Positions 39,885 to 49,915 of a DNA stretch of 64,000 bases are shown piece after piece. The stretch lies in NCBI GenBank assembly GCA_041690215.1, contig JAWLHQ010000005.1, positions 234,349-298,348 on the forward strand, read 5' to 3'. Numbering within the stretch: position 1 is the first letter of the stretch; each line of letters starts with the position of its first letter. Made by a program: the position numbers and the translations under genes. Source of the stretch: Rhodothermales bacterium. GTDB taxonomy: Bacteria; Bacteroidota; Rhodothermia; Rhodothermales; DASSAV01. The notes beneath the pieces were generated by a model, which was not told the origin of the DNA, ran no database searches, and saw nothing but the letters and a program-made list of their open reading frames with translations.

Positions 39885-40946
39885 CTACTGCGCAACTTCG
39901 ACGGATAATTCGTGGACCGCATCGATAAAGGCACGGGCGTGCTCGGGGTCGTGATCTGGGTGCATGCCATGGCCGAGGTTGGCAATATGGCCTAGCGGAC
40001 CGAAATTGCTGAGCATGCGCAAAACCTCTGTCCGGATCGTGTCCGGATCGGCGTAGAGAACACATGGATCGAGATTTCCCTGCAAGGCCACCCGATCCCC
40101 CACGATGTCGCGCACAACGCGAGGGTCCATCGTCCAGTCGAGCCCTATCACGTTGAATCCCGATTCGGCAAGCTCCTCCATCGCGTAATGCGCTCCCTTT
40201 GCAAACACGATCGTCGGCACCTCGGGGTGGTTCTCGCGAAGATGCGCAGCGATCCGCCGCAGGTACGGAAGAGCAAACATGTTGAACTCGACAGGGCCCA
40301 GGTACCCCGCCCACGAATCGAAAACCTGGATAGCCTGGGCACCCGCCCGGATCTGGCCGTCCAGATACGTCAACAGCACGTCTGTGATCGCCTCCAGAAG
40401 CCGGTGGCTCTCCGCCGGAAGCGTGTAGAGCCAGGTTTTCGCACGGGCAAACGTCTTACTGCCCCCGCCCTCGATCATGTACGCCATGAGCGTCCAGGGC
40501 GCACCGCAGAACCCGATGAGCGGCACCCTCCCATTCAGTTCCCGGCGGACGAGCGTGATCGCATCGAAGACGTACCCCAGACTCTCGTTCACATCGGGAC
40601 GGATGAGCCGGCGCAGATCGTCAGGCCCTTGTAAGGGCTGTGGGAACACCGGACCTCTCCCTCGCTCCATCCGCACGTCCAGCCCCATGGCCTGTGGGAC
40701 GACCAGAATATCCGAGAAAATGATGGCAGCATCCAAGTCGAAGCGCCGGATTGGCTGGAGCGTCGCCTCCGCTGCCAGATCTGGCGTGCGGCACACGGTA
40801 AAGAATTCGTCCTCGGACCGGAGCGCACGGTACTCGGGCAGGTAACGACCTGCCTGACGCATCATCCAGACAGGAGTACGTTCGACGGGTTGCCGCCGCG
40901 CGGCGCGAAGAAGAAGATCGTTCTGTAGAGGAGGAAAATCGGACAT
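39885..40946 (-). CDS. hemE: uroporphyrinogen decarboxylase
   Basis: [33 protein letters not shown]-terminal signature. 353 aa. Confidence 0.92.
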   Translation of the reverse strand: MSDFPPLQNDLLLRAARRQPVERTPVWMMRQAGRYLPEYRALRSEDEFFTVCRTPDLAAEATLQPIRRFDLDAAIIFSDILVVPQAMGLDVRMERGRGPVFPQPLQGPDDLRRLIRPDVNESLGYVFDAITLVRRELNGRVPLIGFCGAPWTLMAYMIEGGGSKTFARAKTWLYTLPAESHRLLEAITDVLLTYLDGQIRAGAQAIQVFDSWAGYLGPVEFNMFALPYLRRIAAHLRENHPEVPTIVFAKGAHYAMEELAESGFNVIGLDWTMDPRVVRDIVGDRVALQGNLDPCVLYADPDTIRTEVLRMLSNFGPLGHIANLGHGMHPDHDPEHARAFIDAVHELSVEVAQ

Positions 40947-41164
40947 GAGTCGCTTGCCGCTACGGACGGCCGGTTACAGGCCCCGGGCGGATCGGTTCTA
41001 ATCCTGAGTTATGGATAGATAGGGTTATATGATTAGAGAGGCATTGCTCGCCGCGTGCTCAAACAGCCGCAAGCCTCACTTCGTTAGCACGACGAAGGGC
41101 GTACCTCCGTTTCCAGAAGACGCCCTTTTGCCGTGAAGAGTCGCTGAATGCAGTCGCGTACCGG

Positions 41165-42061
41165 CTACATGAACACCTCGCCAGTGAGATTCTCTTTGAA
41201 GAAGGCCAGCGTCCGTGCCCAGGAATCTTCCGCCGCCCCGGCATCATAGTTGTTGCCGGTGGGGTTGGCGAAAGCGTGGCCTGCGTTCTCATACACGTGG
41301 ATCTCCACTTCCTTCCCGAGGTCCTTCAGGGTCTGTTCGAACGCACGAACCTGTTCGAGAGGGATGCCGTCGTCTTGGCCCCCGAAGAAACCAAGAATCG
41401 GCATCTCCAGCTTCGTCAGCGCTGCCCGGTCCTCCACGAGCCGTCCGTAGTAGATGACGGTCGCATCCAGTTCCTTCGGAAGCGCAAGGGCAGCCTGAAG
41501 CGACATCGCCCCTCCGAAACACCAGCCGACGACGCCCACACGCGGCGCGTTCTGCTCTTCTGCGAGATACCGGTACGCCGCCCTCAGATTCTCGATGAGG
41601 GCAGGCTGGTTCTGGAGGGCTCTCTGCACGAGTTGCTGCGCCTGCTCGGACTGCGTGGCAACCTGGCCTCCATACAGGTCGACCGCAAGCGCCCGATAAC
41701 CCTCCCCGGCCAGGCGACGTGCCATTGCCTTGATGTTATCGTTCAGCCCCCACCACTCCTGAATCACGATGACTCCTGGAAGCGCGCTTCCCGCCTCCAG
41801 GCCCAGCACCTGGCGCGCGGAATCCACGTTGGCCGGCGCCGCCATGTACCCTGTCACCACCTGCCCGTCGATAGTCCCGTACGGTATGCTGGACGTATCG
41901 ACAGCAGCAGTCGGCTCAGCAGTGATAGGCGTAGCCACCGTCGTATCGTGTGCATGCTGCTCGGCCATCTTCGCTGCGTAGTCGTCCTTCGATTCTCCGG
42001 CACAACCGGCTCCGAAAAGCACCACCACGAGCACGATGGATAAGAGAGACCTGTGTTTCAT
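41165..42061 (-). CDS. dienelactone hydrolase family lipoprotein
   Basis: Lipobox VVLFGAGC from ATG 42061. VGVVGWCFGG nucleophile elbow. HVYENAGHAF. Confidence 0.85.
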   Translation of the reverse strand: MKHRSLLSIVLVVVLFGAGCAGESKDDYAAKMAEQHAHDTTVATPITAEPTAAVDTSSIPYGTIDGQVVTGYMAAPANVDSARQVLGLEAGSALPGVIVIQEWWGLNDNIKAMARRLAGEGYRALAVDLYGGQVATQSEQAQQLVQRALQNQPALIENLRAAYRYLAEEQNAPRVGVVGWCFGGAMSLQAALALPKELDATVIYYGRLVEDRAALTKLEMPILGFFGGQDDGIPLEQVRAFEQTLKDLGKEVEIHVYENAGHAFANPTGNNYDAGAAEDSWARTLAFFKENLTGEVFM

Positions 42062-42198
42062 GACCGCGATACCGTAAGGAGAGGTGGAACGGGACCGAGC
42101 CGGGCGCAATCATACAAACCCGCCCCGCAATATAGGAAACCCCCGTATGAGAGCGCGATTCCCCCCACCACGGTTAGAAAGAAGGCAACCTCGGTACA

Positions 42199-42400
42199 CC
42201 CTCAAACAGGGCAATCCGGCTCATCTTCACCTCACGCCTCCCCCTCAACTTCATTCCCATGAAAATGGACGCGAGCCGCAGGCGACCGACGAAGTAAATC
42301 CAGGCGAGATGCCCTACAGGCATGCCGTTTGGCTGGCGTGCTCACTTCCGTAAAGGCCGAAATCAGATTAAACCAGGTCTCTGCGCCATTTTCTTCACAG
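42199..42400 (+). repeat. modular intergenic repeat, long unit (variant)
   Basis: CTCAAACAGGGCAATCCGGCTCA..., hairpin CCAT-GAAA-ATGG (42257-42268), GTAAATCCAGGC, GGCTGGCGTG, AAAGGCCGAAATCAGATTAAACC (ends 42374), plus a shared tail GCGCCATTTTCTTCACA. Confidence 0.8.
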
Positions 42401-42428
42401 CACTGCGGCCCCGTACGGACACGGTACC

Positions 42429-42462
42429 AGACCTGACAGGTTTTCAAAAACCTGTCAGGTCT
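42429..42462. repeat. perfect 14-15 bp palindromic hairpin
   Basis: AGACCTGACAGGTT (42429-42442), TTCAAA, AACCTGTCAGGTCT (42449-42462). Confidence 0.7.
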
Positions 42463-42578
42463 AACCCACAACCCCCATATACAACAAGCCTGCGCCATCC
42501 CCCATTCGCACTTAGTCACGGAGCCTGTCCCGACCTGTCGGGATACTTCTTCTCAGAGTCTGCCCCGGCCAGACGGAG

Positions 42579-43481
42579 TTACTTAGGCTCGGGAGAGTCC
42601 GAAGGCTCCAGGACGAAACCACAGACGGGGCACGTATCCCCGTGGATGTTCACGCGAGCCTGACCGCAGGACGGACAGGTGACGAAGATCTCTGTCTCCT
42701 GGAGCGGGTGGCCGCAATGCACACACCGCTCGGCCGTCGGCGGGTTCAAATTACGGCAGACGGGGCATTCACCCGGCTCCAGAAAGGGCGACTCGTCCGC
42801 GAGCTTGATGAGACGAAGATGGGCGAGGTAGGCAAGCACCCCCAGCGCCGCCAAGCTAATGAGTGCCGCATACGACTCCTGCATGAAAAGCAAGAAGTTA
42901 GAGCCTGCGTGGACGATCCCCGCAGCAGCGATAGACGGCCACATCACGCGGAACGTATTCTTTTCCGGGTGAACGAACCGGGCCAGGGCAAGGCCGTACC
43001 CCCAGAGCGCCGCATAGGCCATGTGCGCCGGAACCGGCCAGAGAAAACGCACCAGAAGCACCTCGTTGCCAAAACGTGTGGCATACAGCGCGTTCTCGAA
43101 CGAAGCGAAGCCGAGCCCTACCGTCATCGCGTAGATCATCGCGTCGATCGGCTCGTTGAGGTCGCCAAACTTGCGCGTAACGACCAGGGTAGCGACAGCC
43201 TTGGATATCTCCTCCGCAAACCCGACGACGATGGTAAAGATGAGTAGCTTCCATACGTCGATGCGTTCTGCGTTGGCGAACATGCTCGACCGGATACCCA
43301 GCGAGCGGCTCACCCCCTCGTTGATGAGGGCCGCCACAACTACACTCGCCAGCCCACCCACTACAGCCACGTTGATCAGGTGGCGCAAATCTTCCGGCTC
43401 GATCCGGTCGTAACGGCGCAGAATCCACAGCCAGAGCCCGGTCCCAAAAACGATAGCTCCGAATGTAACGACCGTATCCAT
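42579..43481 (-). CDS. PrsW-family intramembrane metalloprotease fused to C-terminal zinc-ribbon repeats
   Basis: GFAEEISKAVA (EExxK) and HAGSN-type motifs in a polytopic membrane domain. C-terminus has CPVC...CVHC...CPSC...CPVC. Confidence 0.75.
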   Translation of the reverse strand: MDTVVTFGAIVFGTGLWLWILRRYDRIEPEDLRHLINVAVVGGLASVVVAALINEGVSRSLGIRSSMFANAERIDVWKLLIFTIVVGFAEEISKAVATLVVTRKFGDLNEPIDAMIYAMTVGLGFASFENALYATRFGNEVLLVRFLWPVPAHMAYAALWGYGLALARFVHPEKNTFRVMWPSIAAAGIVHAGSNFLLFMQESYAALISLAALGVLAYLAHLRLIKLADESPFLEPGECPVCRNLNPPTAERCVHCGHPLQETEIFVTCPSCGQARVNIHGDTCPVCGFVLEPSDSPEPK

Positions 43482-43746
43482 AGTTCAGCTCAGGGATGCC
43501 TTACATCCGGCCCGGCAGTGGGGTTACGCGCCACGTCGCGTGGTTCACGACGAATGGTACGGGCTGTGCACATCAATGCCATGAAATAGACCGTTTCAAC
43601 CCGGCCTGCCTCGGGTAGATCCGCGCAAAGGTACCCCGTATACCCTCTGGCAGACGCACCCGCTGCTCCGCTCCCGTAACGATTCACCCGATCCTCATAC
43701 GAAAGCATGCTTCACCGCACCTGGCATATCGAACAATCACCGAACT

Positions 43747-44523
43747 ATGTCGGTTGATGGAGCGGCATTATCGGCTCGAGGGAGCATGAATACGATTAGG
43801 TTCCCGGCCAACCCGATCCGTTACACGTTCAGCAGCATGGATCCACGCATGAGGCAACGCCCCGCGCCAGAAGCACACATTGAGGAGGAGGTCCCTCAGA
43901 TCCCCTATGCTGCCGAATTGAAACGGAAGGCGCTCCACCTCCTGGCGCTCGTCGTCCCGCTCTCCATCGCCGTAATCGGGAAACAGGCGCTCTTTCTCCT
44001 CATCCCGCTCACGCTCCTCGCACTCGCGGGAGATTACTTCCGCGCTCGTTCAGAGGCATTCGCCCGCTTCATCTACCGCATCTTCGGATTCATGATGCGT
44101 GCAGAGGAAATTCATCCCGTAGGTGGTCCCATCGTGATCAATGGCGCCACCTGGGTACTGATCACCGCCACGCTGCTCGCCACCGTGTTCCCCGTCCGCA
44201 TCGCCGCCGGATCTTTTGCCATGTTCATGGTCTGCGACGCCGCCGCTGCCCTCGTCGGCCGGCGTTTCGGACGCCTGCGGTGGGGCCGGACGCGCCGTAC
44301 CGTGGAGGGCAGTACAGCCTTCATCATAACCGGGTTCATCATCATGGCGCTGATGCCGGGCTTTACGTTCTGGGTCGGCGCCGTCAGTGTCCTCTTTGCA
44401 GCCGTCGCAGAGGCCGCTCCCGGCCCACTGAACGACAACATCCGCGTACCCTTCGTCGCAGCTTCCGTCATCTTCCTCCTCGAACGCTTCGTGCTCGGCA
44501 TGGACGTGGCGCTCTTCTTCTAA
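43747..44523 (+). CDS. dolichol/polyprenol kinase - phosphatidate cytidylyltransferase superfamily membrane protein
   Basis: LKRKALHLLALVVPL start of the conserved region. Multiple TM helices. GRRFGRLRW and VEGSTAFIITGF motifs. The start codon is uncertain (internal Mets at residues 14 and 31). Confidence 0.65.
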   Translation: MSVDGAALSARGSMNTIRFPANPIRYTFSSMDPRMRQRPAPEAHIEEEVPQIPYAAELKRKALHLLALVVPLSIAVIGKQALFLLIPLTLLALAGDYFRARSEAFARFIYRIFGFMMRAEEIHPVGGPIVINGATWVLITATLLATVFPVRIAAGSFAMFMVCDAAAALVGRRFGRLRWGRTRRTVEGSTAFIITGFIIMALMPGFTFWVGAVSVLFAAVAEAAPGPLNDNIRVPFVAASVIFLLERFVLGMDVALFF

Positions 44524-44526
44524 GCC

Positions 44527-45345
44527 CGATCCCGATACGGCACCCTACCCCAGCCGCCGACCGGGAACACATCCAGCCCACCCCTTTCCACCCACGCCAC
44601 GCCCCCGATCTTACAGGCGTCAGGGAAAAAGCGTATGTACTGTCAAACTCGGCACTACGGCTTCCCTTCAACGCCATCCCCCACCCAACGTCATGCCCGA
44701 CCCCGACCGCATGCGCGTCAAGAAAGCGCGTTAGCTCCTTCAACAGGGCAATACGGCTGACTTCAAAACTCAACTCTCCCCCAACGTCATTCCCGACCCT
44801 GAGCGTATGGGCACCAAGGAACCAACATCGGATCCTCACAAGCAGCAATCCGGCTCACGTTCACCCCAAACCTCCCCCACAACGTCATGCCTGGCCCCGA
44901 CCGGGCATCCAGGCAGCACGACCTCAAGGCTAACTACCTCACTGGCGTGAGCACGTCCGTCAAGTACGACATGCCCACCTTGGCAGTACCGTGCCCATTC
45001 CAAATTCCACGCCCTCACCGTGTCATCCAGTTGTCGTAAGGACGTGACACTGCCACGCCCTGCCTGAAAAAATCCTCCTTGGAAGGAGGACAGCCTTGCG
45101 AACGCGTCCAGCGGAGCAAGGCAGGAGGATGTTCGCACCCGGCCAGGAATACCCCATGGCATGAATCACCTCACACCTCCCCTCAACGTCATTCCCAACT
45201 TGATTGGACGCGAGCGGAGCGACCGGCGAAGTAAATCCAGGCAGCACGACCCTGAAGGACTACCTATCCGCTGGCGTGAGCACGTCCGTAAAAGGCCGAA
45301 ATCAGATCAAACCAAAACCCTCCCGTCAACGTCATGCCCGGCCCC
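44527..45345 (+). repeat. largest repeat locus: tandem short units, a short-variant long unit, an SD-rich module and a full long unit
   Basis: Tandem units 44651-44746 (96 nt) and 44747-44844 (98 nt). Variant unit 44845-44963. Conserved 50-nt module 45083-45132. Long unit about 45161-45320 with hairpin CCAA-CTTGA-TTGG (45195-45207). Trailing module-b fragment to about 45345. Confidence 0.85.
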
Positions 45346-45479
45346 GCAAACCCCATCCCGAGCGTTTATGCCCACACCCTCCCGGTGCGGGCAGCCTATC
45401 ATGTGCGGCAGTCCCACGCTTGCAAGGCTGAGCGACCCGTCGTAACGTGCGGCACCCTACCGTACCTCCCTGATTACCC

Positions 45480-46850
45480 ATGCCTGCACTCTCTGGCCCT
45501 TTGCTCCTGCTGCTCCTACTGGCAGCCATCCTCTTCATTATCATCGCGACGGCGCGCCTCAAGATCAATGCGTTCCTGGTCCTCCTCATCGCGGCTTACG
45601 CGCTGGGATTGCTCGCCGGACTTCCCGGGAAAGACACCATTTCTGCTATCCTGAGCGGCTTTTCCGGAACGGTCGGACAGATCGGCATCGTCATCGCGGC
45701 AGGTACGGTCATTGGACTCGTACTGGAACGGTGCGGCGGAGCATTGGTGATGGGGAACGCCATTACCCGCCTCATCGGCCCGCAGCGAGCCGCCTTCGCC
45801 ATGAGTGTGACAGGCGCTGTCGTGTCTATCCCGGTATTCTGCGATTCCGGCTTCGTCATTCTCTCTCCGCTAGCACGCTCGCTCGCACGAGGCAGCCGCC
45901 ACTCGCCCGCCGTGTTCGCGACAGCGCTCAGCATGGGCCTCTACACCACCCATGTCTTCGTCCCACCGACGCCCGGCCCCATCGCCGCCGCCGGAGAACT
46001 GGGCGCCGGAGTAGGGATGGTCATCGTACTGGGACTCATTGCGACCATTCCCGTCGTGCTGGCTACCTACGCTTTCGCCGTCTACGTGGGATCCCGCGTG
46101 CAGCTCGATACCGCCCCCTTTCAACCCGTCGAGGCGACAGCAGAGGAAACTGCCGCACTCGAAGCCGCGCGCCCCGGCGTGTTGTGGGCCTTCCTGCCTA
46201 TCATCGCCCCTGTCCTGCTGATTGCCCTGAGTTCCGTTGCCGAACTCCCCGAAGCTCCGTTCGGCACAGGACTCATAGCTGCCACGATCACCTTCTTCGG
46301 CAACCCGAACACGGCCCTCCTCCTCGGTGTAGCGCTGGCCTTCATCGCGGCCAGACGCTATGGCCCCGTCGTCTACGGTGGGTGGGTATCGGATGCGCTC
46401 GCCAGCGCCGGAGCCATCATCCTCATCACCGGCGCTGGCGGTGCCCTGGGCGGCGTGCTGCGTGCCACGCCGGTCGCGGATTACCTGAGCAGCACGCTGA
46501 GCGCCATCGACTTCGGCTCGTTCGGTGCCCTCCTCCCGTTCATCATCGCCGCCGCGCTGAAAACAGCCCTTGGATCCTCGACCGTCGCAATCATCACGAC
46601 GGCTCCCCTCGTGGCCCCCGTGCTTCCTTCCATCGGCCTGGGCTCAGATATCGGTCTCGCTCTGACGGTGCTCGCGATCGGCGCGGGCTCCATGACGGTC
46701 TCGCACGCAAACGACAGCTACTTCTGGGTCGTAAATCAGTTCAGCGGGATGTCAGTACCCCAGGCCTACCGCCTGCAAACGCTCGGCTCCGCCGTAGCAG
46801 GGATATCAGGTATCCTGACTGTCCTGCTGCTCCAGTTCCTCCTGCTGTAA
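45480..46850 (+). CDS. GntP-family (gluconate:H+ symporter-type) permease
   Basis: 456 aa, highly hydrophobic. N-terminus LLLLLLAAILFIIIATARLKINAFLVLLIAAYALGL and overall layout typical of the GntP family. Confidence 0.85.
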   Translation: MPALSGPLLLLLLLAAILFIIIATARLKINAFLVLLIAAYALGLLAGLPGKDTISAILSGFSGTVGQIGIVIAAGTVIGLVLERCGGALVMGNAITRLIGPQRAAFAMSVTGAVVSIPVFCDSGFVILSPLARSLARGSRHSPAVFATALSMGLYTTHVFVPPTPGPIAAAGELGAGVGMVIVLGLIATIPVVLATYAFAVYVGSRVQLDTAPFQPVEATAEETAALEAARPGVLWAFLPIIAPVLLIALSSVAELPEAPFGTGLIAATITFFGNPNTALLLGVALAFIAARRYGPVVYGGWVSDALASAGAIILITGAGGALGGVLRATPVADYLSSTLSAIDFGSFGALLPFIIAAALKTALGSSTVAIITTAPLVAPVLPSIGLGSDIGLALTVLAIGAGSMTVSHANDSYFWVVNQFSGMSVPQAYRLQTLGSAVAGISGILTVLLLQFLLL

Positions 46851-46920
46851 GCGGTTGCCCATCTCAGCGGAACTACCTGAAGGTTCAGGAGATAGGACCT
46901 CTGGATCTTATCGTTGCGCC

Positions 46921-47790
46921 ATGCTCCTGAGTCTCAGCAAAATCGCCGATACCGTCGGGCAGCGATTCCTCGTAGTGGAGCCCTTCCCCCAGCCGCCCGT
47001 CGTCCGCACGCGCTACCCCGTCGTGCTCATGCACGGCTTCGGACTGCTTGCCGCACTCCGACGCGGTGGGCACCTCCACGACACCGCGATGTACCTGCGC
47101 AGCCACGGCGTGCTCGCATACGCACCCAACGTTGCCCCCTATAGCACCGTCGCCGACCGTTCCGAAACCTGGAAACAGGGCATCGAGCGCATTCTGCATG
47201 AGACGGGCGCCGAAAAAGTGAACCTCATTGCCCAGTCCATGGGCGGCCTCGATGCCCGCTACCTCATCAGCAAACTGGGCATGCACGAGGTTGTCGCCTC
47301 TCTATCCACCATCTCGACACCACACCGGGGGAGCGGCATCGCGAACTACGTGCTCCGGCAGCCGGAGCGCGTTCAGGAGTGGCTCGCCGGTCTCTGCAAC
47401 TGGATGGGCCAGGTTTCCGTGGCGGGCTGCACCGCCAACTTCCTGAAATGCGTCGAGCAGCTAACGCCGGAATACGTTACCGGCACGTTCAACCCGGAGG
47501 TGCCGGACCACCCCGCGGTTACGTACTGGTCGTACGCCGGCGTAGCAGGCAAAGACACGGACGTACCGATCAGCCCCTGGCTCGGATTCCTCAATTCGAT
47601 CCTCTACCGGACCGAAGGCCCCAACGACGGCTTCGTCTCCGAACGAAGCGCTCGCTGGGGCGAGTATCTGGGCCGCATCCCCGCCGACCACGCCTGTGAG
47701 ATCGGCATCCAGATCTTTCCCGGTACCGATTTCGACTCCAACGCCTTCTACGTTTCTATCGCGCGCAAACTGGCTGAGAGCGGGTTCTGA
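46921..47790 (+). CDS. alpha/beta-hydrolase lipase/esterase
   Basis: YPVVLMHGFGLL oxyanion region and AQSMGG (GxSxG-type) nucleophile elbow. Start ATG 46921 preferred (the track ORF starts at 46855). Confidence 0.75.
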   Translation: MLLSLSKIADTVGQRFLVVEPFPQPPVVRTRYPVVLMHGFGLLAALRRGGHLHDTAMYLRSHGVLAYAPNVAPYSTVADRSETWKQGIERILHETGAEKVNLIAQSMGGLDARYLISKLGMHEVVASLSTISTPHRGSGIANYVLRQPERVQEWLAGLCNWMGQVSVAGCTANFLKCVEQLTPEYVTGTFNPEVPDHPAVTYWSYAGVAGKDTDVPISPWLGFLNSILYRTEGPNDGFVSERSARWGEYLGRIPADHACEIGIQIFPGTDFDSNAFYVSIARKLAESGF

Positions 47791-47796
47791 GATCAC

Positions 47797-49512
47797 TTAA
47801 TGGGTGATCGCCTCTTCGATCCCGATGATCGGCCCCGTCTTCTCATCGATGGAGTGAACATAGAGCCGCAGCCCCGGTAGCTCTACGAAGGAACCTTCCT
47901 CCAGGGGACGGTGCAGATGCCGCAGCATGAACTGTTCCAGGTTCTCGTCCGGATCGCCATTCAGATCGATGCTGTACAGTATGTCGATCTCACGCAGTCT
48001 CATCGAGCCAGGCAATAATATTCCCGTACGAAGCGGGATCTCCACCGGCTCTTGCGGGATCTGCCGGAAAACGTGATCGACGGCCTCGCGGGCGCCCGGT
48101 CGAAGTATGAGAAACACGTGATCGCCGGGAAGCAGCACGGTCGCCCCTCTGGCTGGAATGATCTCTCGGTCTCGCGTCACCATAGCGATGACTACGTCCT
48201 CCGGCAGATTCAACTCGCTGATACGAAGGTGTGCAGCAGCAGAGATCTCGGTGATCTCGTAGTCCACGATATCGGCATTGACCTGGTGCAACGAGGTGAT
48301 ATCCAGCGTCACGGGCGGCTCCGCTTCTTCTGGTGATTCCAGGCCGAGCATTCGGGCTGTCTTCGTTAGTGTCGTGCCCTGCAATACTGTGGAGAGTAGC
48401 ACCACGAAGAACACGACGTTGAAATACAAGAGGCCGTCCGGCACACCCAGCAAAAGCGGGAACGTACCGAGAATGATCGGTACGGCTCCTTTCAACCCGA
48501 CCCACGAAATCAGCACGAACTCTTTGAACGTGAAACCGAATGGCCAGATCGAAGCGAGAACCGCGAGCGGACGAGCGACGAACATCAGCACGAATCCCAT
48601 GGCCAGACCTTGCCATGCGGTCTCAACGAGCGCGCTCGGATAAACCAGCAGTCCCAGTACGACGAACATGACAATCTGGCTTACCCAGGCCAGCCCGTCG
48701 TGGAAGAGCAGGGTGCCACGCTTGTACACCATCGAGCTGTTCCCGAGAACCACGCCTGCGATGTATACGGCCAGGAAGCCGCTCCCCCCCGCAAATGCAG
48801 TCAGGCCGAACGTGGCGAACCCGATCGTAACCACGAGCACGGGATACAGACCGGCCGCATCCAGGTTGATGCGGTTGATGAGAAGGGCTCCGATTCGCCC
48901 CATCACATACCCGAACACGACGCCGAGCCCCATCTGCATCACAAAGAAGCTCAGGAGCCCCACGCCCAGCGAACGTTCCTCGAGCACGACCTGAATGAGC
49001 CCCACCGTCAGAAAAATGGCCATGGGATCGTTCGAAGCGCTCTCGATCTCGAGCGTGTCGGCCAGCTTCCTTTCGAGATTGACTCCCTGTGATCGCAGAG
49101 TCGAGAACACCGCAGCCGCATCCGTCGACGCCACGATGCTGGAAAGGAGCAATCCTTGCAGCAGCGACATCCCCAGTATCCACGACGCAAATACGCCCGT
49201 AATGACGGCCGTGAGAAACACACCTAACGTGGCCAGTGACAGGGCGGGCTTCCAGGCCCTCTGCAGCGACTCACGCGAGGTGCGAAGGCCGCCATCGAAC
49301 AGGATGACGACGAGCGCGACCGTACCAATGCCGTGAGCGATCGAGAAGTTGTTGAAGTCGATCCCACCGATCCCCTCCGATCCCGCCAGCATACCGACCA
49401 GCAGAAACAACACCAGCACGGGCACACCGAAGCGCGCGGAAAACTTCCGCGATAGGATCGCTATCAGGACCAGAAGACTGCCGGATAAAATGAGCTGGTC
49501 GACTAAAAACAT
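47797..49512 (-). CDS. K+/H+ (cation:proton) antiporter, CPA1 family with C-terminal TrkA-C domain
   Basis: 571 aa. About 12 TM helices, then a soluble domain ...VVIAMVTRDREIIPARGATVLLPGDHVFLIL (TrkA-C-like). Confidence 0.85.
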   Translation of the reverse strand: MFLVDQLILSGSLLVLIAILSRKFSARFGVPVLVLFLLVGMLAGSEGIGGIDFNNFSIAHGIGTVALVVILFDGGLRTSRESLQRAWKPALSLATLGVFLTAVITGVFASWILGMSLLQGLLLSSIVASTDAAAVFSTLRSQGVNLERKLADTLEIESASNDPMAIFLTVGLIQVVLEERSLGVGLLSFFVMQMGLGVVFGYVMGRIGALLINRINLDAAGLYPVLVVTIGFATFGLTAFAGGSGFLAVYIAGVVLGNSSMVYKRGTLLFHDGLAWVSQIVMFVVLGLLVYPSALVETAWQGLAMGFVLMFVARPLAVLASIWPFGFTFKEFVLISWVGLKGAVPIILGTFPLLLGVPDGLLYFNVVFFVVLLSTVLQGTTLTKTARMLGLESPEEAEPPVTLDITSLHQVNADIVDYEITEISAAAHLRISELNLPEDVVIAMVTRDREIIPARGATVLLPGDHVFLILRPGAREAVDHVFRQIPQEPVEIPLRTGILLPGSMRLREIDILYSIDLNGDPDENLEQFMLRHLHRPLEEGSFVELPGLRLYVHSIDEKTGPIIGIEEAITH

Positions 49513-49915
49513 GAACGATAAGCAGAGGTAAATGGGAAGAAGAAATGCATGAGATTATGCCAAGCCTAAAAATGGCACGCGGCACTGCGGGGAATAGTGA
49601 ATTATCCTCAAACAACCACGTTGAGGCCACATTCCCCCGTGTTTCTAGCCCTCGCATCATGTAGCAGAAATGTGTTCCGCTGGATCTCTACGGATTCGAA
49701 GCGCAACACGTTGGTAGAAGAGACGGACCGGAACGACATCCTCGGATCGTCATACTCCATGAACTGCGCAGAGTGCTTCGTCCATGCCCCTCCATACGGC
49801 AGCAAGATCCGTTATCTGTTTGGTCTGCGCTAAGCGTATATTATGGTTGCCGTTCCGTCGGTACCTATGCCCTACCTCGGACGGCATCATTCACTTTTCG
49901 TTCGTAGGGAGCGAT

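Noticed and set aside
41095-41135. Hairpin AAGGGCGT-N17-ACGCCCTT followed by TTTGCC on the + strand, downstream of the dienelactone hydrolase gene.
   Set aside because: The U-tract is on the + strand, where no gene ends. On the minus strand (the DLH gene) no U-tract follows. The direction is ambiguous, so it was not called as a terminator.
45096-45164. TTG-initiated mini-ORFs after the SD-rich module: 45096-45164 (MRTRPAEQGRRMFAPGQEYPMA) and 53865-53936 (MRTRPAEQGRRMSAPQSNTRCPE).
   Set aside because: Only the first 12 codons are shared, and these coincide with the nucleotide-identical 50-mer. The C-terminal halves are unrelated. Similar length alone is weak evidence. Kept as a note under the 50-mer finding rather than called as CDS.
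44527-45345. Whether the tandem units could be a CRISPR array.
   Set aside because: The units are about 96-98 nt and degenerate. They have no short conserved repeat alternating with unique spacers. No cas genes or leader are present in the window.
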